64,000 nucleotides of DNA from Candidatus Eiseniibacteriota bacterium (lineage in GTDB: Bacteria; Eisenbacteria; RBG-16-71-46). Of the stretch, positions 19,643 to 27,940 are shown piece after piece. The translations under genes and the position numbers were made by a program. The number at the start of each line of letters is the position of its first letter. The first letter of the stretch is position 1. The notes under the pieces were generated by a model. It made no database searches, was not told the DNA's origin, and worked only from the letters and a program-made list of their open reading frames with translations. Location of the stretch: assembly GCA_963717935.1 (NCBI GenBank), contig CAVQXP010000004.1:576001-640000 (forward strand), given 5' to 3'.

Positions 19643-20635
19643 CTACGGCAGGCGGACCGAGGGGTGGATGTCCGAGCCGGCGCTGGCCAGCTGGGACGGT
19701 CTGACCACCAGGCTGCCGGTGCGGCTGTAGTAGCGCACGTTCCAGCCGGTCGTATCGGCGCTCAGGCTCTGGAAAGCGAGGTAGGAGCCCGAATGGCTGA
19801 TCCGCGGATGGCGTTCGTCGTCCGCGGTGTTGAGGTTGGTCAGTTCCACGAAGCTGCGGGGGTCGGTCGTGAGGTCCACGAGGTAGATGTCGAATCCGCC
19901 CTGGCCCCCGGCGCGGTCCGAGGCGAAGGACAGGTAGCGTCCGTCCGGGGTGAGCACGGGATCCCGGTCGCGGGCGCCAGCAACCCGCAGGTCCTTGAGG
20001 CTATCCACCTTCTGGGCGGACCGATCGTACAGGTAGAGGTGCGCTTCGCCCTCCCGATCCGAGAGCAGGACGATCCGGTTTCCGGTCGAGTCGGGGGCGG
20101 GCGACCAATCGTCGTACGCGGCCTGGGTGTCGAGGCCGGGCAGGGGCTCGAAAGCGAGTGAGCCCCCGTTGACGAGCCGGATGCGCCGGGCGCCCAGGGT
20201 GTCGCGCACGAAGGCCAGCCGGCGGGTGTCCCCGGTGAAGGCGGGCTCCGTCTCGTGGCCGGTGTGCAGGCCCGGGGTGGAGATCAGCGAGCAGGAGATG
20301 CGCTCGTAGATGTAGATGTCGCTGGTCCCGGGGCCGCCCCGGTCACTCACGAAGGCGATGAGCTGCCCGTCGCGCGACAGCGAGGGGCTCGAATCGGAGG
20401 CGGTCTGGCTGTTGAGGTCGCGAAGGAGCCGGAAGCCCACCAAGTCCGCATCGAATAGATAGATGTCGTACGACCCCGCGTGTCCGCGATCGCTCGAGAA
20501 GGCGATCAGATCGGCGCCCTCGTTGTCGCAGAGCGCCTCTGGCGAGGTCGTCTGCTTCGAGCAGCCCGGGGTGACGAGCAGGATGAGCAGTGCGGCAAGG
20601 GTGCGGCTACGGGTACGAGCCACGCGACCGTCCAC
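19643..20635 (-). CDS. TolB-like beta-propeller lipoprotein (PD40 repeats)
   Basis: Lipobox-like VTPGC; repeated IAF-SDR-G..DIY and P-L-PDG motifs; GGAGG RBS before GTG. Confidence 0.85.
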   Translation of the reverse strand: MDGRVARTRSRTLAALLILLVTPGCSKQTTSPEALCDNEGADLIAFSSDRGHAGSYDIYLFDADLVGFRLLRDLNSQTASDSSPSLSRDGQLIAFVSDRGGPGTSDIYIYERISCSLISTPGLHTGHETEPAFTGDTRRLAFVRDTLGARRIRLVNGGSLAFEPLPGLDTQAAYDDWSPAPDSTGNRIVLLSDREGEAHLYLYDRSAQKVDSLKDLRVAGARDRDPVLTPDGRYLSFASDRAGGQGGFDIYLVDLTTDPRSFVELTNLNTADDERHPRISHSGSYLAFQSLSADTTGWNVRYYSRTGSLVVRPSQLASAGSDIHPSVRLP

Positions 20636-20802
20636 GGCGGACCTCCGAAATGACCCTGGCGCAACCGAATGGGCCCACTTCCTTCGCCCCGGCCGGACTC
20701 TAGCAGACCGGGGCGCCCCGCGGCCCGGATCGCGGTTTTTCTTGCAGCGGCCCCGGCGTGGTGGGATGTTGGTTCCCGTTGCGTTCCGGAGAGCGGAGCG
20801 TC

Positions 20803-21165
20803 ATGTCACGAGTCATGCTGTATCACTGCCATGCGGCCGAGGAGCACGCGCTCCTCGACGAGGACCTGAGCTTCGTGTGCTGCGACGACTGCGAGGAGAT
20901 GCTCTCCGAGGTCGTCCAGCACCCCCCCGACGTGGTGGTCTACGAGGTCAGGCCCGAGAGCGTGTCAGACCTTGCCGTGTTGCGCCTGCTGCGCCGCGTG
21001 GTGCCGCGGGTCCCGTTCGTCCTGGTCGGAGAGGGCCGGGCGCCGGCGTGGGACGTCCCCGCCGAGCTGGCGCCACTTTACCGCTCCCCGCTCCCCGTGG
21101 AAGAGCGCGGCCTGCGCACGGCCGTCCGCCGCGCGCTCGCAGCGAGCGCCGACACCGCGAACTGA
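20803..21165 (+). CDS. Small receiver-like protein (atypical, phospho-Asp replaced by Glu)
   Basis: 120 aa; HPPDVVVYEV resembles the receiver PDLVILD motif; P-VPFVLV and LPVE..L...V patterns; GGAG RBS. Confidence 0.6.
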   Translation: MSRVMLYHCHAAEEHALLDEDLSFVCCDDCEEMLSEVVQHPPDVVVYEVRPESVSDLAVLRLLRRVVPRVPFVLVGEGRAPAWDVPAELAPLYRSPLPVEERGLRTAVRRALAASADTAN

Positions 21166-21237
21166 TCCGGCCCCGCGACCCGGTGCGCCCCCGGGAGAGC
21201 CGCGCCCGCGGCCGACGCGGCGCATGGGTCGTCCAGG

Positions 21238-23334
21238 CTATGCCTCCCCGATCTTCCCGTCGCCACCGGCCTTCGCGGTCGCCCCGGCCTTCGCCTGCTC
21301 CTCGGCCTCCATGCGCGCCCACTCGGCCGGGTGCTCGCGGCGCAGCTGTTCCTCGTTGATGAGCCCTGTCACCCAGGCCCAGTTCATCGGATAGACGTCC
21401 GGGTTCAGCATGTTCTGGTAGACGTGCCAGACCAGGATGGCGACGAGGGCCAGCCAGGCCTCGTAGTAATGCACCAGCGTGGCCAGGTCGAGGACCCACT
21501 TGGGCATCCACTGGAGCGACTGGTTCGCGAACCAGAGCAGAACCCCCGTCACGGTCATCAGGATCACGCCCCAGACCAGGGACCAGTATTCCGCCTTCTC
21601 GATGTAGGTGAAGCGGTCGAAGGCCGGCGGGTCGCGGCGCAACCCCACCAGGTACAGGATGTTGGCCCCGGCCTCGCGCACGTCTCGCAGCCCCGGCAGC
21701 AGGGCGACGAAGGTGCCGCGACCGCGCCGGGTGAACAGATGGGCGACGTGCACCAGGGACGTCCCGACCAGGACGACCGCGGCGACCCGATGGATGAGGC
21801 TGCGCCAGGCGAAGGCCCCCTCCAGGCGCGCCATCCACGAGAACGGCCACGACTCGGGGAACTTGAGCGCGAAGCCGGTCCAGATCAGGGCGAAGAAGCT
21901 GATCATCAGCAGCGCGTGCTGGATCCGCTCGCTCCGGTTGGTGCGCTCGTACCAGCGCCCCAGGCCTCGCTCCGGCTCCACCTCGCCGCGGTAGAGCCGG
22001 TAGTGGCGGCGCAGCTTGCGGGTGAAGTCCAGCCCCTGATGGACGGCCATGCTCCCGCCGAGCCCGAAGATGAGCCAGAGGTAGATCAGCCGAACGTAGT
22101 AAAGGACCGGGCTGCCGGCCGTGGCGATGACGACATGCACGGGGCCCAGCGCCGACCACTTGCCGGCGCCGGGATGGCACTTGCCGCAGGTCTCGCCCAG
22201 TCGTTCCGGGTTCACCGCAGAGCGCGGGTCGCTCGAGGGCAGGATGTCGTGGAAACCGTGGCAGGAAGAGCAGTTAGCGACAGCCTTCGAGCCGCCACGT
22301 GAGGCCAGACCGTGGAAGGAATCACGATATGTCGTGAGTCGGCCGGCCGGAAGACCGTAGGTCTCGCGGAGTCCCTGGGCCTCGTGGCAACGCGAGCAGG
22401 TCGTATTCACCGCGGAGGCCACGACCGGCGAGGCTGGATCGTGGGGCCCGCGGATCAGGTGCTCGCCGTGGCAGTCCGTGCAGTTGGGCGCCGCGGTGAC
22501 GCCGCGGCGCAGCGCCTGGCCGTGGATGCCCGTTTCAAAGGCCGCGAACTCGCGGGTGTGGCAACGCCCGCAGGTGTGCGGGACGTTGGTGCGGAAGATG
22601 GATGACGTGGGGTCGTTCGCGCGCTTCAGGTCGTGGCTCTCGTGGCAGTCGCTGCAGGTGGCCGCGCGCGGGTCTCGCGAGCGCCCGTGCACGCTCTTCG
22701 TGTAGAGCGCGTAGGCCTCGGGGATGGTGATCCGGCGCCGGGTCATGAGCGCGCGGTTCGCGTGGCAGCGGGCGCAGGTGTGCGGCAGGTTCGCGCGGTT
22801 GACCGGCGAGGCGGGGTCCGTGTGCGGGCGGATCGAGTGGAATGGCCCGTGGCAATCCTTGCAGGTCGAGGCCTCGGGGTCGCCGCGCGCGAGCGCCGTG
22901 CCGTGGACGCTGCCCTGGTACTGCCCGGTCACCTGTGCGTGGCAGCCGACGCAGGCGTCCGGGCCGGTTCGCGCGGGCCGGCGCACCTGGTGCCCCGACC
23001 CGTGGCAACCCAGGCAGGCCACCTCGTGCGGGCCCGCGGCCTGCCGGTGGGCGCTGCCGGCAATGGCGGCGGTCGCATCCTGGTGACAGGTGCCACACTG
23101 GACCTGTGGCAGGGCGGTCGCATGCGGCAGGCCCTTCACGCCCCCGTGGCAGGCCACACACGCCAGCCGCCCGTGCGGGGAGGCCTCGAGTTGTGCGAGG
23201 TCCACGTACGCCGTGCCCCCGCCGGAATCGCGCGCGAGGGCTCGATCGACGTGGCAGGTCATGCACACGTCGTTGCCGAGCGGCCCGGCGAGCGCGGGCA
23301 GGGCCAGGAAGGCGGCGAGCAGCGCAGCCGCCAT
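21238..23334 (-). CDS. 13-heme cytochrome c fused to FdnI-type di-heme cytochrome b (CbcL-like)
   Basis: 13 CxxCH motifs counted; signal peptide; C-terminal RIQH, IHR..VH, EKAEYW and VHYYEA..WH; start uncertain. Confidence 0.9.
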   Translation of the reverse strand: MAAALLAAFLALPALAGPLGNDVCMTCHVDRALARDSGGGTAYVDLAQLEASPHGRLACVACHGGVKGLPHATALPQVQCGTCHQDATAAIAGSAHRQAAGPHEVACLGCHGSGHQVRRPARTGPDACVGCHAQVTGQYQGSVHGTALARGDPEASTCKDCHGPFHSIRPHTDPASPVNRANLPHTCARCHANRALMTRRRITIPEAYALYTKSVHGRSRDPRAATCSDCHESHDLKRANDPTSSIFRTNVPHTCGRCHTREFAAFETGIHGQALRRGVTAAPNCTDCHGEHLIRGPHDPASPVVASAVNTTCSRCHEAQGLRETYGLPAGRLTTYRDSFHGLASRGGSKAVANCSSCHGFHDILPSSDPRSAVNPERLGETCGKCHPGAGKWSALGPVHVVIATAGSPVLYYVRLIYLWLIFGLGGSMAVHQGLDFTRKLRRHYRLYRGEVEPERGLGRWYERTNRSERIQHALLMISFFALIWTGFALKFPESWPFSWMARLEGAFAWRSLIHRVAAVVLVGTSLVHVAHLFTRRGRGTFVALLPGLRDVREAGANILYLVGLRRDPPAFDRFTYIEKAEYWSLVWGVILMTVTGVLLWFANQSLQWMPKWVLDLATLVHYYEAWLALVAILVWHVYQNMLNPDVYPMNWAWVTGLINEEQLRREHPAEWARMEAEEQAKAGATAKAGGDGKIGEA

Positions 23335-23803
23335 CGCGTTTCCCCCGGCCCGGCGCGGTCGCGCGCGCACCACGGTCCCGGCGCGCGGGGCCGCCAGCGG
23401 TGGAGAAGCTCGGTTCACGCCGGATGGCCTCCAGAAGGAAGAGGGTGTGGCCCCCCCCCGGACAAGGAATGGACCACGGAAGACCTTTTCTGGCAAGGTC
23501 TTCAAGCGGCCAAGTCGTCAGGTGGTAACGGGGGGCCGGGATGGTACCTTCGGATGTCTTGCCAGCGAGGCGCCAATTCAGTAGAAATACTGATGTCTGG
23601 GACGGCGCGGGGCCGCTCGCCGGCTCCCCGGCCCGGTCCTGTGCAAGGAACTCGCGGCGTTCGAGCGGTCCGTAGTTCTACCGAATCTTCGACGTGTCCC
23701 TTGCCGGAATTGGTTACTCTCCGAGACAGGTCTCGTGGGTCGCACGCGACGCCTCGACCTCGTGTTCTCAGGTGGGCGGTTACCTTCAAGGCCGGAGGGG
23801 CTG

Positions 23804-24367
23804 ATGATCAAGAGCATCTTCGCGTTCGTCGTGCTGGGGGTGCTGGCGGTGGGCGCCGCGTCGCGGGCCGCGGACGCTCCGAAGGCGGACGCGCCGAAGA
23901 ACGACTACGTCGGCACGACCCTGAAGACCTGCATGTGCCACTACAAAGAGTTCAAGGCGTGGTCGGCGACCCCGCACGCGCACGCCCTCGAGACCCTGCA
24001 GGCCACCACGCCCGAGCAGCTGAAGAAGATGAACGAGCGGCTCGAGACCGCGGTGAAGGATCACCCGGAGAGTGATGCCGCGTGCCTGGGCTGCCACGTG
24101 ACCGGTTACAGGACGGGCGGCTACCCCGCGGCTGACTCGCTCAAGAACGCCGCGCTGGCTCGCGTGACCTGCGAGGTCTGCCACGGCCCCGCCAGGAACC
24201 ACCTGACGGTGCCGGCCAACGACAAGGCGGGCCGGAAGGCCTCCATGCTGGTCCCGACGGCCGAGACCTGCAAGAAGTGCCACACCGATGCCACCTCGCC
24301 GAAGTTCGACTTCGCGGAGCGGAGCCAGAAGGTGCACCCCGTCGCCGCCAGGGCGCCCGCGAAGTAA
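23804..24367 (+). CDS. c554-like tetraheme cytochrome c with 3 CxxCH and one contracted CxCH motif
   Basis: Signal peptide; YVG...CMCH...W..TPHAHA, CLGCHVTG, VTCEVCHGP and CKKCH; GGAGG RBS. Confidence 0.85.
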   Translation: MIKSIFAFVVLGVLAVGAASRAADAPKADAPKNDYVGTTLKTCMCHYKEFKAWSATPHAHALETLQATTPEQLKKMNERLETAVKDHPESDAACLGCHVTGYRTGGYPAADSLKNAALARVTCEVCHGPARNHLTVPANDKAGRKASMLVPTAETCKKCHTDATSPKFDFAERSQKVHPVAARAPAK

Positions 24368-24388
24368 GCGGACCGAAGCCGTCCGACG

Positions 24389-27229
24389 ATGGAGACCCGT
24401 ACGGGCCGGCCTGCCAGTCGCGGGCCGGCCCGCGGCCTGTTCACCGGGCTCCTCGCGCTGGCCGGAGCGCTCCTTGCCGGCGCGTTGCTCCACCCGGCGG
24501 CGTGGTCGGCGCCGGAGGCGGTGAAGCCGCTCCCCGGCGCCGAGGACTGCATGGCCTGCCACGAGGCCGGCCCGCCACTCGCGAAGCGCGACGCCGACAC
24601 GCCGCCGCGCTTCGACGCCTCCGGGCTGCGCGCCTCGCCCCACGCGAAAGTGGCCTGCGCCGCCTGCCACGCGGACCTCGAGGGCAAGGAGTTCCCGCAC
24701 GAGACGAAGCCGGCGCCGGTCCGCTGTGGCGCCTGCCATGCGACCGAGCAGCAGCAGTTCGTCGAGAGCCTGCACGGCCAGGCCGCCGCGCGCGGGGAGA
24801 AGCTCGCCCCCTCGTGCAAGGACTGCCACGGACGGCACGGCGTGCTGCCGCGCAACGACCCGCGCTCGCCCGCGAACACGGTCAACGTCCCCGCGCTGTG
24901 CGGGCGCTGCCATCACGAGGGCTCGCCGGTCCAGCTCACCTACCACATCCCGCAGGACTCGATCCTCCAGAACTACTCCGAGTCCATCCACGGCGAGGGG
25001 TTGTTCCGCAAGGGCCTGCTCACGACCGCCGTGTGCACCTCGTGTCACACCGCGCACCACGTGCTGCCGCACACCGACCCGCGCTCGAGCATCGCGCGCC
25101 GCAACGTGGCCGCCACCTGCACGCAGTGCCACGTGCGCATCGAGCAGGTGCACCGCAAGATCATCAACGGGGTGCTGTGGGAGAGCCGCCCCAACGACAT
25201 CCCCGCCTGCGTGGACTGCCACCAGCCGCACAAGGCGCGGCGGGTCTTCTATACCCAGGGCATGGCGGACCGCGACTGCCTGACCTGTCACGGCCGGCGC
25301 GAGCTGCGGGCCCAGGGCGGACGCTCGATGTTCGTGGACACGGCCGTGCTGCAGGGCTCGCGCCACGCGAAGATCGCCTGCGCGCAGTGCCACAGCGAGG
25401 CGCAGCCCTCGCACGCCCGGCCCTGCTCTTCGATCACGCGCCGGGTGGACTGCTCGGTCTGCCACGCCGGGGTCGTGGACTCCTACCGGGAGAGCACCCA
25501 TGGGCGACTGGCCGCGAAGGGCAGCCCCGACGCCCCGGCCTGCCGCGACTGTCACGGCACGCACGGCACCCTGGGGCACCTGCAGTCGGACGCGCCGACC
25601 TACGCGCGCAACGTCCCGGCGCTGTGCGGGCGCTGCCACCTGAGCGGCAAGCAGGCCCAGGTGCGCTATCGCGGGACGGAGCGCCGCGTGGTGGAATCCT
25701 ACGTCGAGAGCATCCACGGCAAGGGGTTGCTCGAGAGCGGCCTCACCGTGACCGCGACCTGCGTGGACTGCCACACCACGCACGGCGAGCTGCCGCACAC
25801 CGACCCGGCGTCCAGCGTCAACCCGGCGAACGTGGCGAAGACCTGTGCCCGCTGCCACCGGGGCATCTACGAGCTGTTCGCGGCCAGCGTGCACTCGCCC
25901 GTGGTGACGAAGACGAAGCGTCCGCTGCCCACCTGCTCCGACTGCCACTCGGCCCACACCATCAACCGCACCGACCGGCAGGATTTCAAGTTCGCGATCA
26001 TGAGCCAGTGCGGCAAGTGCCACGAGGACCTGGCGAAGACCTACTTCGAGACGTACCACGGCAAGGTCTCGCGGCTCGGCTACCTCAAGACCGCCAAGTG
26101 CTACGACTGCCACGGCGCGCACGACATCCAGCCGAACTGGGACCCCCGCTCGCACCTGTCGCGGCAGAACATCGTGAAGACCTGCGGCCAGTGTCACCCC
26201 GGCTCGAACCGGCGCTTCGCCGGCTACCTCACGCACGCGACCCACCACGAGCCGCACAAGTACCCGGCGCTGTTCTTCACCTTCTGGGGCATGACGGTCC
26301 TGCTGGTCGGCACCTTCGGCTTCTTCGGCCTGCACACGCTCGCCTGGCTGCCGCGCTCGCTCCAGTACCGGCGCCAGCTCGCGAAGTCGCAAGCCGCGGA
26401 GGGCGAGCTGCACGTGCGGCGCTTCCCGCCGCTCTACCGCAACCTGCACCTGATGGTGATCGTCTCCTTCCTCGGGCTGGCGCTCACCGGCATGACGCTC
26501 AAGTTCTCCTACACCCCGTGGGCCTACGTCCTGTCGCGGGTGCTCGGCGGGTTCCAGGCGGCGGGCTTCATCCACCGGGTCTGCGCGGGGATCACCTTCG
26601 CCTACTTCTTCCTGCACCTGCGCGACATGATCCGCCGCCGGGCGAAGTCCGGCGTGTCGTGGCGGACGTTCCTCGCCGGCCCGGGCGGGATGCTGCCCGG
26701 GCGGCGGGACCTCGAGGAGTTCTGGCAGTCGGTGAAGTGGTTCGCCGGCCGGGGCCCGAGGCCGCAGTACGGCCGCTGGACCTACTGGGAGAAGTTCGAC
26801 TACTTCGCGGTGTTCTGGGGCGTGGCCATGATCGGCTCGACCGGGCTCGTGCTCTGGTTCCCGACCCTCTTCACCCGGCTCCTGCCCGGCATCTTCATCA
26901 ACCTCGCGACCATCATCCACAGCGACGAAGCGCTGCTCGCGGTGGGCTTCATCTTCACCGTGCACTTCTTCAACACGCACTTCCGGCCCGAGAAATTCCC
27001 CATGGATACGGTGATCTTCACCGGCACCGTGCCGCTCGAGGAGTTCAAGCAGGACCGTCCGCGCGAGTACGAGGCCCTGACGGAGAGCGGCGAACTGGAG
27101 GCCCGGCTCGAGCCGGCGCCCGCGCCCCGCACGGTGCGCGCCTGGCGCATCTTCGGCTTCGTCGCTCTCTCGGTCGGCATCCTGATGGTGCTGCTGATCG
27201 TCTACGCGACGGTCTTCGGGTATCGGTAG
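24389..27229 (+). CDS. 19-heme cytochrome c fused to FdnI-type di-heme cytochrome b (CbcL-like)
   Basis: 19 CxxCH motifs counted; NLH, IHR..LH, WTYWEKFDYFAVFWG and IHSDEA..VHFFN. Confidence 0.92.
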   Translation: METRTGRPASRGPARGLFTGLLALAGALLAGALLHPAAWSAPEAVKPLPGAEDCMACHEAGPPLAKRDADTPPRFDASGLRASPHAKVACAACHADLEGKEFPHETKPAPVRCGACHATEQQQFVESLHGQAAARGEKLAPSCKDCHGRHGVLPRNDPRSPANTVNVPALCGRCHHEGSPVQLTYHIPQDSILQNYSESIHGEGLFRKGLLTTAVCTSCHTAHHVLPHTDPRSSIARRNVAATCTQCHVRIEQVHRKIINGVLWESRPNDIPACVDCHQPHKARRVFYTQGMADRDCLTCHGRRELRAQGGRSMFVDTAVLQGSRHAKIACAQCHSEAQPSHARPCSSITRRVDCSVCHAGVVDSYRESTHGRLAAKGSPDAPACRDCHGTHGTLGHLQSDAPTYARNVPALCGRCHLSGKQAQVRYRGTERRVVESYVESIHGKGLLESGLTVTATCVDCHTTHGELPHTDPASSVNPANVAKTCARCHRGIYELFAASVHSPVVTKTKRPLPTCSDCHSAHTINRTDRQDFKFAIMSQCGKCHEDLAKTYFETYHGKVSRLGYLKTAKCYDCHGAHDIQPNWDPRSHLSRQNIVKTCGQCHPGSNRRFAGYLTHATHHEPHKYPALFFTFWGMTVLLVGTFGFFGLHTLAWLPRSLQYRRQLAKSQAAEGELHVRRFPPLYRNLHLMVIVSFLGLALTGMTLKFSYTPWAYVLSRVLGGFQAAGFIHRVCAGITFAYFFLHLRDMIRRRAKSGVSWRTFLAGPGGMLPGRRDLEEFWQSVKWFAGRGPRPQYGRWTYWEKFDYFAVFWGVAMIGSTGLVLWFPTLFTRLLPGIFINLATIIHSDEALLAVGFIFTVHFFNTHFRPEKFPMDTVIFTGTVPLEEFKQDRPREYEALTESGELEARLEPAPAPRTVRAWRIFGFVALSVGILMVLLIVYATVFGYR

Positions 27230-27270
27230 GCGATCCGCGCCCGGTCCGGGTCGCGCGAGCGCACAGCCAG

Positions 27271-27303
27271 CGGGGCGGGCGGAAAAGCTCTCCGCCCGCC
27301 CCG
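27271..27303. terminator. Hairpin between convergent genes, probable bidirectional terminator
   Basis: 13-bp stem cggggcgggcgga/tccgcccgccccg. Confidence 0.6.
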
Positions 27304-27325
27304 TTCCGGTACGCCCCGCCCCGCC

Positions 27326-27673
27326 CTACGCCACCGCCCGACCCGCGTTGAGGTGCGCCACCGCCTCGTGTTCGCTGTCGTAGAGCGGCAGCGCGCCTGC
27401 GAGGTGGGTCACGTCGAGCAGCCAGCGCTGGGGGCCGGCCGCACCGCAGAGCGCCAGGCCTCCGCCGTTCGCCGATGCGGTCCACTGCGCCCGCGCGAGC
27501 ACGCCCAGGCAGTGCGCGGTCAACACGCGCGCATGGCTGAGGTCCACGATCACGCGGCGGCCCCGCTCGGCCAGCGCGGAGAGCTCGCGCTCCAGCTCGT
27601 CGCAGGCGGCCCCCTCGATGAGGTCCCCGCTCGGCTGGAGCACGACCAGTTCGTCTACCGCGTGGGAGGTCAT
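27326..27673 (-). CDS. STAS domain protein (anti-sigma-factor antagonist-like)
   Basis: G-L...C..LE, VIVDLS..LTA.CLG.L and LLDVTHL...Y.SE.EAV STAS pattern; AAGGAG RBS. Confidence 0.8.
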   Translation of the reverse strand: MTSHAVDELVVLQPSGDLIEGAACDELERELSALAERGRRVIVDLSHARVLTAHCLGVLARAQWTASANGGGLALCGAAGPQRWLLDVTHLAGALPLYDSEHEAVAHLNAGRAVA

Positions 27674-27940
27674 GGGTTCGACTCCTTCCGTCCGGGCCCG
27701 GGACTGCGTGGGTTCGTCGTCACACGGTAGGACGGAAGGCAGGCGGGAAAGGTTGCCAGTCCCGTCCGGGCGCCCCGGGGCGGGCCACGAGCGCGGCGCG
27801 AAGGCGCCGGGAGGTCAGGGAGGTGTAAGGCGCTGCGCGCTCCCGTTTCGCGGCGCCGAACGCCGTCCGCTGGCGCGGGTGCTGCGGACGGCGGGCCGGC
27901 GCCGGGCGCCGCAGGTCACGGGCGCGGCCGGCCCGCGACC

